Assembly: GCF_000757865.1 (NCBI RefSeq)
Contig: NZ_CP007754.1
Coordinates: 1,380,001 to 1,412,000, forward strand
Length of the DNA: 32,000 nt
DNA from: Prochlorococcus sp. MIT 0801
Lineage (GTDB): Bacteria > Cyanobacteriota > Cyanobacteriia > PCC-6307 > Cyanobiaceae
Direction of reading: 5' to 3'
Below, piece by piece: positions 9,160-19,754 of the stretch. Below the pieces are notes generated by a model. The model saw only the letters and a program-made list of their open reading frames with translations, was not told where the DNA came from and did not search any database. A program made the position numbers and the translations under genes. Numbering within the stretch: the first letter of the stretch is position 1; each line of letters starts with the position of its first letter.

Positions 9160-9566
9160 CAATTAGTCCCAACGAAGACATTTTTTACGAAGGTGGTCCT
9201 GCGAGCAGCGACCTAATAATAAATTTAATGGCTGGGATAACACTTATTGGTCTCCCTTTTACTTTTGGAGCCCTGGTTAGAGCCCTGTGGGTTAGATACA
9301 AAATAACGACTCGTAGAATATCCGTTACTGGTGGATGGCTAGGTAGGGATAAAACTCAAGTTGTTTACAGTCAAATTTCTGAGATAAGAGCTATTCCAAG
9401 AGGTCTAGGATCTTATGGTGATATGGTTTTAGTCCTTAAAGATGGAGCTCGCCTTGAGATGAGATCGCTTCCTAATTTTAGAGAAACAGAATCCTACATA
9501 CTTGAAAAAATAGAAAAATCACCCACTAATAACCCCGATAAAGAGGTTCAAGGCTTTTCAAACTAA
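9156..9566 (+). CDS. membrane-anchored bacterial PH-domain (YdbS/DUF304-like) protein
   Basis: 136 aa with a TM hairpin (IINLMAGITLIGLPFTFGALVRALWV) followed by a small beta-rich domain. Its start overlaps the rnpA stop (ATGA at 9156..9159). Confidence 0.7.
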   Translation: MTISPNEDIFYEGGPASSDLIINLMAGITLIGLPFTFGALVRALWVRYKITTRRISVTGGWLGRDKTQVVYSQISEIRAIPRGLGSYGDMVLVLKDGARLEMRSLPNFRETESYILEKIEKSPTNNPDKEVQGFSN

Positions 9567-9650
9567 TGAGCCCTCACAAAAATGTGAGACAAGAACACAT
9601 CTTCTAAGGCAAACTGGCCTAACAACCTTAAACTTTCTACCTTTAAAACC

Positions 9651-10799
9651 GTGATCGGGTTCATCTCTGACAATCTACTTATCCCGATCCTAGATTTTTT
9701 CTACGGATTAGTTCCAAGCTATGGACTAGCGATTGTCGCATTAACCATAGTTATCCGCTTAGCACTTTTTCCTCTTAGCGCTGGCTCTATTAGAAGTGCA
9801 AGAAGGATGAAGATAGCTCAACCTGTCATGCAAAAAAGACAAGCTGAGATAAAAAGCCGCTATGCAAGCAATCCTCAAAAGCAACAAGAAGAATTAGGAA
9901 AATTAATGGGTGAATTTGGAAGTCCCTTAGCTGGTTGCCTTCCTCTAATTGTTCAAATGCCAATATTATTCGCATTATTCGCAACTCTAAGAGGATCACC
10001 TTTTGCTGATGTACCTTATCTTGTCAATATCAAAGTTCTTCCATCAGACCAAATAGCCGCTGTAGAGCCCAAACCTTTCAAGACCGCAAAACACTCCATA
10101 TTTATAACTGAAAAGAATCATTTCCCTGTTATCGCAGCTCTTCCTGGTGGTACAAAAATCGGTTCAGGTGATTCAGTTAAAATCAATCTGCAAACCATGA
10201 ATGGAGATTCATATGTAAACGAATTGCAGAAATATGAAAATGGATCGAAATTTTCTCCTTCTTGGAAAGTCACGAAAGGGGAAGATATTGTAAAAGTCTC
10301 TTCTGATGGGACTGTGAATGCACTTAATCCTGGAGATGCGACCGTAGAAGCGAAGATCCCCGGTTTAGCAGCGAAAAGCGGATTCTTGTTTATAAAAGCA
10401 TTAGGAAATGTTGGTTTTTATGTAGATGGCGCCATTCATTGGGATATTGCAATTTTAGTAGCAGGTTTTGGTTTAACACTCGTTATTTCTCAAGTGCTTT
10501 CTGGAAGAGGAATGCCTGTAAATAAACAACAATCCACAGCGAATAAAATCACACCGGTAATGATTACTGGAATGTTTTTATTCTTCCCTTTGCCTGCTGG
10601 TGTTTTGCTTTATATGGTCATTGCAAATATTTTTCAAGGGTTACAAACATTTCTCCTTAGCAGAGAATCCCTACCAGATAATTTGCAAAAAATACTTGAT
10701 GATCAACTAAACCAACAAGATAAATCAACTGTTTCTATTGCTTCAGAAGTAATTTCTGATTCCGATAGGTTACCCTTTGAACCAAAAAGTAATAAATAA
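9651..10799 (+). CDS. yidC: membrane protein insertase YidC/Oxa1/Alb3
   Basis: 382 aa with a GTG start. Conserved YidC core motifs are present: [59 protein letters not shown]. Confidence 0.92.
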   Translation: MIGFISDNLLIPILDFFYGLVPSYGLAIVALTIVIRLALFPLSAGSIRSARRMKIAQPVMQKRQAEIKSRYASNPQKQQEELGKLMGEFGSPLAGCLPLIVQMPILFALFATLRGSPFADVPYLVNIKVLPSDQIAAVEPKPFKTAKHSIFITEKNHFPVIAALPGGTKIGSGDSVKINLQTMNGDSYVNELQKYENGSKFSPSWKVTKGEDIVKVSSDGTVNALNPGDATVEAKIPGLAAKSGFLFIKALGNVGFYVDGAIHWDIAILVAGFGLTLVISQVLSGRGMPVNKQQSTANKITPVMITGMFLFFPLPAGVLLYMVIANIFQGLQTFLLSRESLPDNLQKILDDQLNQQDKSTVSIASEVISDSDRLPFEPKSNK

Positions 10800-10856
10800 T
10801 TTTAAAAGCAACTTATTATGTAAATTCAGAATTATAGAGAATCAAATCAATAACTG

Positions 10857-12335
10857 ATGTCTAATTGGGACGAACAACTTGATCTACTAATTCGAGCTAG
10901 AACTCCAATTATTTGGATAAGGAGTAACGAAGAAGAAAGAGTTGAAACTCTTTTACAAAATTCTACTAAAAGGCTTTCTCCAAGAAGACTTGCAACTTGG
11001 GATTACATTGATGGAATCAGTAATGTTCTTAATTCCAATAATCTTGGGTCAAGGCAGCCAATGGCCGTCCTTGAATGGCTTAAAAAACTGGATGAAAGTT
11101 CTCCTACTATCCTTTTACTTAAGGATTTTCATCATTTTTGCGAAGATCCAGGCATTCTAAGAATGCTAAAAAATTTAACTATTAATCTTCGTTCCAAGCC
11201 TCATTCAATAATTATAAGTTCTGGATTATGGAGCCCCTCAAATGATTTAGAGGAAGATCTAACGATTCTTGATCTTCCACTACCCAAGGAAAATGAAATC
11301 AAGACTCTTTTATCAAATATTGCTCAAGCTAGTAATTCTCAATTAGACGAAAACGTTCTTAAGGAACTTACAAATGCATGTGGGGGTCTAAGTGAATCAA
11401 GGATCCGTAAAGTAGCCGCTAGGGCTCTTGCGCAAAGAGGTCAAATTAGTAAAAAAGATTTAATAGAAGTACTGGAAGAAAAACGCCAATCTATTGCGCG
11501 TAGTGAAGTGCTGGAATATTGCAAAACAAATAAGTCGCCAAATGACGTTGGTGGTTTACAAATATTGAAAGATTGGTTGAAGCAAAGAAAACAAGCCTTC
11601 TCCGAAGAAGCAAAAGATTTTGGATTGCCTTTACCTAAAGGTGTTTTATTAGTTGGTCCTCAAGGGACAGGAAAAACTCTAGTAGCGAAAGCAATAGCGA
11701 ATAGCTGGTCTATGCCCTTGTTAAGACTTGATGTAGGCAGATTATTTGCTGGATTAGTAGGAGCCAGTGAAGCACGGACAAGGGAGACCATTCAGCGAGC
11801 CGAAGCTATGGCACCTTGCATTTTATGGATTGATGAAATTGACAAAGCTTTTGGCGGAGATGGGAGGAGTGACGGAGGCACCAGTCAGAGAGTGCTTGCA
11901 AATATTCTCACTTGGATGTCAGAAAAAACTTCTTCTGTTTTTCTTGTAGCCACTGCAAATGGAATAGATAAACTTCCTCCTGAACTACTTAGGAAAGGAA
12001 GGTTTGATGAAATTTTTATGCTGGAATTACCCTCTAGGAATGAAAGACATAGCATTCTTGAACTTCATCTTCAAAAACGAAGACCTAATTTGAAAATTGA
12101 TTTAAATGCTGCTTTGGATAGAACAGAGGGATTCTCTGGTGCAGAATTAGAACAATCCGTTATCGAGGCAATGTACTTTGCATTTGCAGAGAAAAGAGAG
12201 CTTGTTGAAGGTGATTTAATTCTCGCCACAAGTCAACTAGTTCCTCTTTCAAGAACTGCAAGAGAACAACTTGAATCTCTAAGAGAATGGGCTTCTAGCG
12301 GAAGAGCAAGAGCTTCATCTCCAAAACTTTTTTAG
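10857..12335 (+). CDS. ycf46: AAA+ ATPase, Ycf46-like
   Basis: 492 aa with Walker A GPQGTGKTLVAKA, Walker B ILWIDEIDK and the second region of homology. The N-terminal LLIRARTPIIWIRSNEEERV is typical of cyanobacterial/plastid Ycf46. Confidence 0.75.
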   Translation: MSNWDEQLDLLIRARTPIIWIRSNEEERVETLLQNSTKRLSPRRLATWDYIDGISNVLNSNNLGSRQPMAVLEWLKKLDESSPTILLLKDFHHFCEDPGILRMLKNLTINLRSKPHSIIISSGLWSPSNDLEEDLTILDLPLPKENEIKTLLSNIAQASNSQLDENVLKELTNACGGLSESRIRKVAARALAQRGQISKKDLIEVLEEKRQSIARSEVLEYCKTNKSPNDVGGLQILKDWLKQRKQAFSEEAKDFGLPLPKGVLLVGPQGTGKTLVAKAIANSWSMPLLRLDVGRLFAGLVGASEARTRETIQRAEAMAPCILWIDEIDKAFGGDGRSDGGTSQRVLANILTWMSEKTSSVFLVATANGIDKLPPELLRKGRFDEIFMLELPSRNERHSILELHLQKRRPNLKIDLNAALDRTEGFSGAELEQSVIEAMYFAFAEKRELVEGDLILATSQLVPLSRTAREQLESLREWASSGRARASSPKLF

Positions 12336-12457
12336 AATTTTCTTGTTGTTTTTATTTTAATTAATCTAAAAAAGTCCTTGATTTGAAAGAATTTAACAAG
12401 TGTGATTAATTTAGGAACAATTAACGATTAGGCTGAAAGTACTTCCTCATTTAGATA

Positions 12458-13738
12458 GTGATAGATCAGAGACTTCTAAGAGAAAATCCTAACTTAATTT
12501 CGGAAGGGCTTAAATCAAGAGGAATGGATGTTGACTTAGGATCTCTACAAAAATTCTGCAAAGATCTTAAAGACCTAGAAGAAAAGAGAAATTCTCTACA
12601 AGCACAGGGGAATTCAATTGGAAAAGAGGTTGGACAAAAAATAAAAGAAGGACTTCCTCATGATTCTGAGGAGATTTCAAATCTTCGTGTTAAGGGCAAT
12701 CAAATCAAAAAACAAGTTGGAATAATTGAAGAGGAAGAGAAATCAATTTCAAATAAATTAAATGAACAAATCCTTTGCTTACCTAATCTTCCAGAGAAGA
12801 ATTCTCTGGAAGGAAAAAACGAAAAAGATAATAAGGAACTAAGAAGATGGGGAGAACCTATTTCAGGAAATACTTTAAAAGAGCATTGGGAAATTGCTAA
12901 TCAATTGAACCTCTGGGATAGTGAGAGATCTTCTGTAATAGCAAAAAGTCGATTTGTAACCCTTTTTAAGCACGCTGCAAAACTTGAGAGATCACTTATA
13001 AATTTCATGCTTGATTTACATATTAAAAAAGGTTATTTAGAAGTTCTTCCTCCAGCTCTTGTTAACACAGCCAGTCTTACTGGTTCTGGACAGTTACCAA
13101 AATTTGCAGAAGAAAGTTTTCGATGTGCTGATGATGATTTGTGGCTGACTCCTACTGCTGAAGTTCCAATAACATCTCTCCATCGTGGAGAGATCATCCC
13201 TAGAGATTTGTTACCATTAAGGTACGTTGCTTATAGCCCTTGTTTCAGAAGAGAAGCGGGAAGTTACGGAAGGGATACTAGAGGTCTAATCAGACTTCAT
13301 CAATTCAATAAAGTTGAACTATATTGGTTTTCTACTCCAGAAAGATCTGAAGAAGCTCTAGAACAAATCACATCTGATGCAGAATCTGTGTTGCAAGAAC
13401 TTGAACTACCTTATCGAGTAATTCAACTCTGCACAGGAGACTTAGGTTTCTCAGCAAAAAAAACTTATGATTTGGAGGTTTGGCTTCCAGGTGCTAATAC
13501 TTTTAGAGAAATATCTAGCTGCAGTAATTGTGGAGACTTTCAAGCTAGACGTTCATCAATACGAACAAAAGATAACAATAAAAAAAATATACTTTTGCAT
13601 ACATTAAATGGAAGTGGATTGGCTATAGGTCGCACTATGGCTGCGATTTTGGAAAATGGTCAACAAAGTGATGGAAGTATCAATTTACCAAAAGCCTTAA
13701 TACCTTACTTCGGTTCGAACAAATTACAGCCAGAATAA
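12458..13738 (+). CDS. serS: seryl-tRNA synthetase
   Basis: 426 aa with a GTG start. It has an N-terminal coiled-coil arm and class II motifs (TGSGQLPKF, RLHQFNKVE, GSGLAIGRT). Confidence 0.95.
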   Translation: MIDQRLLRENPNLISEGLKSRGMDVDLGSLQKFCKDLKDLEEKRNSLQAQGNSIGKEVGQKIKEGLPHDSEEISNLRVKGNQIKKQVGIIEEEEKSISNKLNEQILCLPNLPEKNSLEGKNEKDNKELRRWGEPISGNTLKEHWEIANQLNLWDSERSSVIAKSRFVTLFKHAAKLERSLINFMLDLHIKKGYLEVLPPALVNTASLTGSGQLPKFAEESFRCADDDLWLTPTAEVPITSLHRGEIIPRDLLPLRYVAYSPCFRREAGSYGRDTRGLIRLHQFNKVELYWFSTPERSEEALEQITSDAESVLQELELPYRVIQLCTGDLGFSAKKTYDLEVWLPGANTFREISSCSNCGDFQARRSSIRTKDNNKKNILLHTLNGSGLAIGRTMAAILENGQQSDGSINLPKALIPYFGSNKLQPE

Positions 13739-13757
13739 CCCAATCAAAATCTAATTA

Positions 13758-14840
13758 ATGAACGTTCTCTTATCCATAGCTGTACTTGGCCTTCTGATTT
13801 TTTTTCATGAGTCTGGTCATTTTTTAGCAGCAGTACTTCAAAAAATAAAAGTCAGTGGATTTTCAATTGGTTTTGGACCAGCTCTTTTGAAAAAGGAAAT
13901 AAATGGGATTACTTATTCACTTAGAACGCTTCCTTTAGGTGGATTCGTTTCTTTTCCTGATGAAGAAACTGATTCACTAGTTCAACCTAATGACCCAGAT
14001 CTTTTAAAGAATAGACCAATTCACCAAAGAGCAATAGTTATTTCAGCTGGGGTCATTGCAAATTTATTACTTGCATGGATCGTACTTATTGGTCAAGCAA
14101 GCTTTGTAGGAATTCCCAATCAACCTGAGCCAGGAGTAATAATCATGGGGATCCAACCAGATGAGCCTGCATTTAATTCGGGATTAGTTGCTGGAGATCG
14201 AATAATGAGCGTTAACGGTAAAGAATTAGGCAGCGGTAAAGAAGGGATTATGAATTTAGTCAATATCATTCAAAATTCATCGGGGAAAGAATTACTTTTT
14301 GAGAGAGTTAATGATGGAGGAAACGAAACAATTTCGATAATCCCATCTGAAAATGAAGGAAATGGAAGGATAGGAGCTCAATTGCAACCTAATCTTCCTA
14401 ATGAAGTATCGAAAGCAACAAATATTAGAGAAATAGTTTATAGCTCAAATTCACAATTTTATGAATTACTAAGTCGAACAGTTATTGGTTATAAAAGCTT
14501 GATTACTAATTTCTCTTCAACGGCTCAGCAGTTAAGTGGACCAGTCAAAATTGTTGAAATTGGTGCTCAGCTTTCAGAGCAAGGGGGTTCAGGTCTTGTA
14601 CTCTTTTCTGCTTTGGTTTCAATTAACCTTGCAGTTCTTAACTCGTTACCGTTGCCACTTCTAGATGGAGGACAACTTCTTCTTCTAATTCTCGAAAGTA
14701 TCAGAGGAAAACCTGTTCCTGAAAAAATTCAATTAGCTTTTATGCAATCAGGCTTTGTTTTACTTGTAGGATTAAGTGTTGTTTTGATAATCCGAGATAC
14801 TACTCAGCTATCTTTAGTTCAACAGTTTGTTCACAGATAA
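13758..14840 (+). CDS. rseP: RIP site-2 zinc metalloprotease (M50) with PDZ domain
   Basis: 360 aa with HESGHF (HExxH) in TM1, a central PDZ-like region, and NLAVLNSLPLPLLDGG (LDG motif). Confidence 0.9.
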   Translation: MNVLLSIAVLGLLIFFHESGHFLAAVLQKIKVSGFSIGFGPALLKKEINGITYSLRTLPLGGFVSFPDEETDSLVQPNDPDLLKNRPIHQRAIVISAGVIANLLLAWIVLIGQASFVGIPNQPEPGVIIMGIQPDEPAFNSGLVAGDRIMSVNGKELGSGKEGIMNLVNIIQNSSGKELLFERVNDGGNETISIIPSENEGNGRIGAQLQPNLPNEVSKATNIREIVYSSNSQFYELLSRTVIGYKSLITNFSSTAQQLSGPVKIVEIGAQLSEQGGSGLVLFSALVSINLAVLNSLPLPLLDGGQLLLLILESIRGKPVPEKIQLAFMQSGFVLLVGLSVVLIIRDTTQLSLVQQFVHR

Positions 14841-14963
14841 TATCTTCAAACTATTTTTTATTTTCAGTTAACAAAATAATTTGAAAATAAATTTACAGCA
14901 ATTTCTTAAAACAATCATGCAAGGAGTTAAAATACTCCCCAGACAAGCTAAATAAGCCCCTTA

Positions 14964-15266
14964 ATGGCCAAAAAGTCAATGATAGCGCGTGATGTAAAGC
15001 GCAAGAAACTAGTAGAACGATACGCAGCGAAGCGTAAAACTCTAATTGATGCTTTCAAATCAGCCAAAGATCCTATGGAAAGATTAGAAATTCATAGAAA
15101 AATTCAAGCTTTGCCTAGAAATTGTGCTCCAAATAGAATGAGAAATCGCTGTTGGGCGACAGGGAAGCCGAGAGGAGTATATAGAGATTTTGGACTTTGC
15201 AGAAATCAACTTAGATCAAGAGCTCATAACGGAGAATTACCTGGAGTAGTAAAATCCAGTTGGTAA
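14964..15266 (+). CDS. rpsN: 30S ribosomal protein S14
   Basis: 100 aa: [20 protein letters not shown]...[34 protein letters not shown]. Confidence 0.95.
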   Translation: MAKKSMIARDVKRKKLVERYAAKRKTLIDAFKSAKDPMERLEIHRKIQALPRNCAPNRMRNRCWATGKPRGVYRDFGLCRNQLRSRAHNGELPGVVKSSW

Positions 15267-15314
15267 AAACTAATAAAAACTAACAGGAAATTCATTTATA
15301 CCTATGTGTGGTAA

Positions 15315-15344
15315 GTGGGAAAGATTATATCTCCCACTTTTTTT
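15315..15344 (+). terminator. rho-independent terminator after rpsN
   Basis: The stem pairs gtggga (15315..15320) with tcccac (15332..15337), followed by a T7 run at 15338..15344. Confidence 0.7.
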
Positions 15345-15465
15345 AGTTTTATAGTTTCAATAATTGTTGTAAATGTTTCCTCTAGGAAACAAATCCATCG
15401 AAATTTCTACTCAATTAGTCCCATTAAGTGTAAGAATGTCTAAAGACAAAAAGCTATAAAGGCAC

Positions 15466-17634
15466 GTGCAAGGTCAGACAAAATCCGTTTCTTTCGATGG
15501 TAGAGAGATAAAGCTCACTACAGGGAGGTTTGCTCCACAAGCTGGGGGTTCAGTATTGATTGAGTGTGGGGACACCTCCGTCCTAGTAACTGCAACAACA
15601 TCGACAGGAAGAGAGGGGGTTGATTTCCTACCCTTAATGTGTGAGTACGAAGAAAGACTATATGCGGCAGGAAGGATTCCAGGGAGTTTCATGCGTCGTG
15701 AAGGGCGTCCTCCTGAGAGAGCAACTTTGATTTCACGACTTATTGATCGTCCAATGAGACCTCTTTTCCCTGGTTGGATGAGAGACGATATTCAAATAGT
15801 TGCTACATGCCTATCTTTAGATGAGAGAGTTCCAGCAGATGTTTTAGCTGTTACTGGAGCTTCAATGGCAACATTAATGGCAGGTATTCCTTTCCAAGGA
15901 CCTATGGCTGCTGTTCGCGTTGGGCTCTTAGGCGATGACTTTGTTCTTAATCCAAGTTATAGAGAAATTGAAAGAGGTGATCTTGACCTGGTAGTTGCTG
16001 GGACTCCAGATGGTGTAGTGATGGTTGAAGCAGGAGCCAATCAACTTTCAGAACAAGACGTTATTGAAGCCATTGATTTTGGCTACGAAGCCATAACTGA
16101 ATTAATCAATGCTCAAAAAGAAGTTTTAAAAGAATCCGGAATCAAGCAAGAGATGCCTAAAGCTCCTGAGATTGATGACACAATATCAACCTATTTAGAT
16201 AAAAACTGTACAAAATCAATTAGTGAAGTCCTAAAAAACTTTGATCAAACAAAAGAAGAGAGAGACAATAAAATTGAAGAAATAAAGATAACTATTTCCG
16301 CAAAAATAGATGGCCTAAAAGATGATAATGCTGTAAAAAAATCTCTTTCTTTAAATAACAAACTACTAGAGAATAGTTATAAGGCTTTAACCAAAAAGTT
16401 AATGAGAAATCAGATAATCAAAGAAGGAAAAAGGGTCGATGGAAGAGATTTAAATGAAGTAAGAGCAATTGATGCTGATGCGGCAGTTTTACCTAACAGA
16501 GTTCATGGATCAGCTTTATTCCAAAGAGGTTTAACTCAAGTACTCTCCACTGCAACATTGGGAACTCCAAGTGATGCTCAGGAAATGGATGATTTAAACC
16601 CTAATACTGATAAAACCTACATACATCATTACAACTTCCCACCTTACTCAGTTGGAGAGACTCGACCTATGAGGACTCCGGGCAGAAGAGAAGTTGGTCA
16701 TGGAGCTTTAGCAGAACGGGCGTTAATACCTGTACTACCGGCAAAAGATACTTTCCCATATGTTTTAAGAGTTGTTAGCGAAGTCTTGAGTTCAAACGGC
16801 TCTACTTCTATGGCTTCAGTATGCGGAAGCACCCTTGCACTCATGGATGCGGGAGTCCCCTTAAAAGCCCCAGTAGGGGGGGCAGCCATGGGTTTGATCA
16901 AAGAAGGGAAAGAAGTAAGGATACTAACTGACATACAAGGCATTGAAGACTTTCTAGGAGATATGGATTTTAAAGTTGCAGGTACAGAAAAAGGCATTAC
17001 AGCCTTGCAAATGGATATGAAGATAACTGGACTTCCAATTGAGACAATTGGAGAAGCTATTAATCAAGCACTTCCTGCTAGAACACACATATTAGGAAAA
17101 ATGCTAGAGGCAATAGAAACGCCAAAAGACAACTTATCTCCTCATGCCCCAAGACTATTAAGCTTTAGAATTGATCCAGAGCTTATAGGAACTGTCATTG
17201 GTCCTGGAGGAAGAACAATAAAAGGGATCACAGAGAGAACTAACACAAAAATTGATATAGAAGATGGAGGAATTGTCACTATTGCATCTCATGATGGAGC
17301 AGCGGCAGAAGAAGCTCAGAGGATTATTGAAGGTTTGACGAGAAAAGTACATGAGGGAGAAATTTTCCCAGGCTCAATCACAAGAATCATTCCAATTGGT
17401 GCCTTTGTTGAAATCCTTCCTGGTAAAGAAGGAATGATCCATATTTCGCAATTATCTGAAGCAAGAGTTGAAAAGGTTGAAGACGTTGTAAAAGTTGGAG
17501 ATCAAGTAACTGTAAGGGTAAGAGAAATTGATAATCGTGGGCGCATTAATTTAACCTTAAGAGGAGTCTCTCAAAATGGTGGAATGAACAACTACCCTGA
17601 GCCAACTCCTACTCCTGTTGCTCCCCTTAATTAA
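15466..17634 (+). CDS. pnp: polyribonucleotide nucleotidyltransferase (PNPase)
   Basis: 722 aa with a GTG start. It has two RNase PH domains followed by KH ([10 protein letters not shown]) and S1 ([19 protein letters not shown]) domains. Confidence 0.97.
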   Translation: MQGQTKSVSFDGREIKLTTGRFAPQAGGSVLIECGDTSVLVTATTSTGREGVDFLPLMCEYEERLYAAGRIPGSFMRREGRPPERATLISRLIDRPMRPLFPGWMRDDIQIVATCLSLDERVPADVLAVTGASMATLMAGIPFQGPMAAVRVGLLGDDFVLNPSYREIERGDLDLVVAGTPDGVVMVEAGANQLSEQDVIEAIDFGYEAITELINAQKEVLKESGIKQEMPKAPEIDDTISTYLDKNCTKSISEVLKNFDQTKEERDNKIEEIKITISAKIDGLKDDNAVKKSLSLNNKLLENSYKALTKKLMRNQIIKEGKRVDGRDLNEVRAIDADAAVLPNRVHGSALFQRGLTQVLSTATLGTPSDAQEMDDLNPNTDKTYIHHYNFPPYSVGETRPMRTPGRREVGHGALAERALIPVLPAKDTFPYVLRVVSEVLSSNGSTSMASVCGSTLALMDAGVPLKAPVGGAAMGLIKEGKEVRILTDIQGIEDFLGDMDFKVAGTEKGITALQMDMKITGLPIETIGEAINQALPARTHILGKMLEAIETPKDNLSPHAPRLLSFRIDPELIGTVIGPGGRTIKGITERTNTKIDIEDGGIVTIASHDGAAAEEAQRIIEGLTRKVHEGEIFPGSITRIIPIGAFVEILPGKEGMIHISQLSEARVEKVEDVVKVGDQVTVRVREIDNRGRINLTLRGVSQNGGMNNYPEPTPTPVAPLN

Positions 17635-17637
17635 TAA

Positions 17638-18552
17638 TTAGACGAAGTATTTAGGTTCTTTTACAGAGAAAAACTCCATAGCTTTTTGGCAAATTTCTTG
17701 ATGAGATTTTCCATGGCTTGCAATTAAGCAACCAGATTGAGAATAGTTTGTTTCTTGGTAAATTAAATTTTTTCCATCTGCATGAGAGAACATACCACCA
17801 GCCGCCTCGATAAGAGCCTGTGGAGCAGCCATGTCCCAATCCTTAGGTGAAGTTTTTCCAGATAGAGAGATATAAACATCTGCTTCTCCCCTCAAAATCG
17901 AAGCAACTTTACAACCGACACTGCCTATTTTTTTTGTCTCACCAAAGCACAAAGTTGACAGAAGGTTATTAAGTTTTGCTTGTTGATGATTTTTACTTGA
18001 AACTAGTATCAATTTCGAGATATCTACTCTCTCACTAAAAGAAAAGTGTTTTTTAGTCCCATCACGATTTTCAAACCATGCTCCAATGCCAACAATTCCA
18101 AACCATAATTCATCCTTTTCAGGTATCAAAACTATCCCAATTTTTGGCTTTTGTTTGTATGCCAAAGCAATATGAACTGCATAGTTTTCAGATCCTTGAA
18201 GAAAATCCTTTGTCCCATCTAATGGATCAAGAATCCAACACCAATCATTTTTATAATTATTCTGCTGAAAAGTTTTCTCCTTAGAAGTTTCTTCGCTTAA
18301 AATATCCCATTGTTTGAATGTGAAATTATCCTTCAATCCAGAGATCAATAATTCATTCACTGCCATGTCAGCTGCAGATACTGGGCCGTCCCCACCTTCC
18401 TCTACAGTTAAAGACTTAGGGTAGCCATAGGGAGGTTCTTCACCTCTTGCATATGCCATCAAAACATCAGCGGAAGCCCAGCTAAGCTTTCTAAGCTCAT
18501 CCAATAAAGTCGGCAATTCGACCTCTTTTGGCACAACAAGATCAATAGACAT
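17638..18552 (-). CDS. cysQ: inositol monophosphatase-family 3'(2'),5'-bisphosphate nucleotidase (CysQ-like)
   Basis: 304 aa with metal-binding motifs ILSEE and WILDPLDGTKDF plus the C-terminal WDMAAP motif. It converges on pnp with a 3-nt gap. Confidence 0.82.
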   Translation of the reverse strand: MSIDLVVPKEVELPTLLDELRKLSWASADVLMAYARGEEPPYGYPKSLTVEEGGDGPVSAADMAVNELLISGLKDNFTFKQWDILSEETSKEKTFQQNNYKNDWCWILDPLDGTKDFLQGSENYAVHIALAYKQKPKIGIVLIPEKDELWFGIVGIGAWFENRDGTKKHFSFSERVDISKLILVSSKNHQQAKLNNLLSTLCFGETKKIGSVGCKVASILRGEADVYISLSGKTSPKDWDMAAPQALIEAAGGMFSHADGKNLIYQETNYSQSGCLIASHGKSHQEICQKAMEFFSVKEPKYFV

Positions 18553-18553
18553 A

Positions 18554-19444
18554 ATGGATTTAATTGATGAACAACAACACCTTCAACAAGAAAGATCAGA
18601 ACCCTGCCCAGGAACTCTTTACATAGTAGGGACGCCAATAGGTAACTTAGGCGATTTATCACCAAGGGCAAAGTCCATACTTAAGAATGTTTCACGAATA
18701 GCATGTGAAGATACACGTAGAAGTGGACAATTGTTGAAAATAATAAAATCTGAAGTACCACTACTTAGCTATCACAAACATAATTTCAAAAGTCGTCAAT
18801 CACAATTACTAGGAATCCTAGAAAGTGGTGGGAGTCTTGCCTTAATTAGTGATGCTGGCTTGCCAGGGATAAATGACCCAGGAGAAGAACTTGTTCAAGC
18901 TGCAAGGTCTAATAGTTATGAAGTGATTTGCATACCGGGACCTTGCGCAGCAACTACAGCATTAGTAATAAGTGGATTACCCTCAGAAAGATTTTGCTTT
19001 GAAGGATTTCTCCCGAAAAAACAAAGCCTTAGAAAAAAACGTTTGGAAGATATTTCTCAAGAACAAAGAACAACTGTAATCTATGAGTCACCTCATCAAT
19101 TAATCAAACTTTTAGAGGATTTATCTATTTCATGCGGAAAAGAACGCCCTATTCAAATCGCGAGAGAACTTACAAAAAGATACGAAGAGTCAATAGGAAA
19201 GACAATAGAAGAGGTAACAAACTATTTTATTACAAATAAACCAAAAGGAGAATTCACCATAGTACTTGGAGGAAATAATAATAAGCAACAGAATAAAATA
19301 AGTGAATCTGAAGCATTAAATCAGCTCAATGCATTAATAAATCAAGGAGAAAAATCTAATATTGCAGCTCAAAAAGTCGCGGAAGAAACAGGATATAAAA
19401 AAAAATGGCTTTACTCCAAATTACATAAGAGGCTTGACAAATAA
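18554..19444 (+). CDS. rsmI: 16S rRNA (cytidine1402-2'-O)-methyltransferase
   Basis: 296 aa with GTLYIVGTPIGNLGDLSPRA..CEDTR..SDAGLPGINDPG..YESPHQL, the tetrapyrrole-methylase-fold RsmI signature. Confidence 0.92.
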   Translation: MDLIDEQQHLQQERSEPCPGTLYIVGTPIGNLGDLSPRAKSILKNVSRIACEDTRRSGQLLKIIKSEVPLLSYHKHNFKSRQSQLLGILESGGSLALISDAGLPGINDPGEELVQAARSNSYEVICIPGPCAATTALVISGLPSERFCFEGFLPKKQSLRKKRLEDISQEQRTTVIYESPHQLIKLLEDLSISCGKERPIQIARELTKRYEESIGKTIEEVTNYFITNKPKGEFTIVLGGNNNKQQNKISESEALNQLNALINQGEKSNIAAQKVAEETGYKKKWLYSKLHKRLDK

Positions 19445-19499
19445 ACTTTTTCACTTGATGCTATTTAAAAGATAAATTTAAATTAGAGAAATTTTCTAA

Positions 19500-19730
19500 A
19501 TGTTTTTTAGATTACAACTTCTAACTCTAAATATTTCCACAGCAATATTACTAATTTTGTTTCTTTGCCTTGGATCTCAAAATCTAGGAAAAAAATATAG
19601 TTTAGATCTGCTAATTAATAAAACGGTAGATCTTCCAATTGGTTTCTTAATAGGTACATCATTTACCTTAGGATTATTTTCTGGAGGCCTAACTTCAGTA
19701 TTAATGATTAAAAATAATCATAACGATTAA
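19500..19730 (+). CDS. small two-TM membrane protein (LapA/DUF1049-like)
   Basis: 76 aa with two hydrophobic helices. The family assignment is tentative. Confidence 0.45.
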   Translation: MFFRLQLLTLNISTAILLILFLCLGSQNLGKKYSLDLLINKTVDLPIGFLIGTSFTLGLFSGGLTSVLMIKNNHND

Positions 19731-19754
19731 CCTAAGATAAAATTCATTTAATAA

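Noticed and set aside
15375-15390. gtttcc-tcta-ggaaac hairpin in the pnp leader, considered as an RNase III autoregulatory site
   Set aside because: It is only a 6-bp stem. The idea is plausible by analogy with E. coli pnp, but the hairpin is too small to support from sequence alone.
10942-18671. Short ORFs nested in ycf46, pnp, cysQ-like and rsmI (10942..11160, 11767..11949, 15474..15692, 16698..16997, 17158..17352, 17651..17839, 18078..18284, 18459..18671)
   Set aside because: All are out-of-frame or antisense within long genes that have strong domain evidence.
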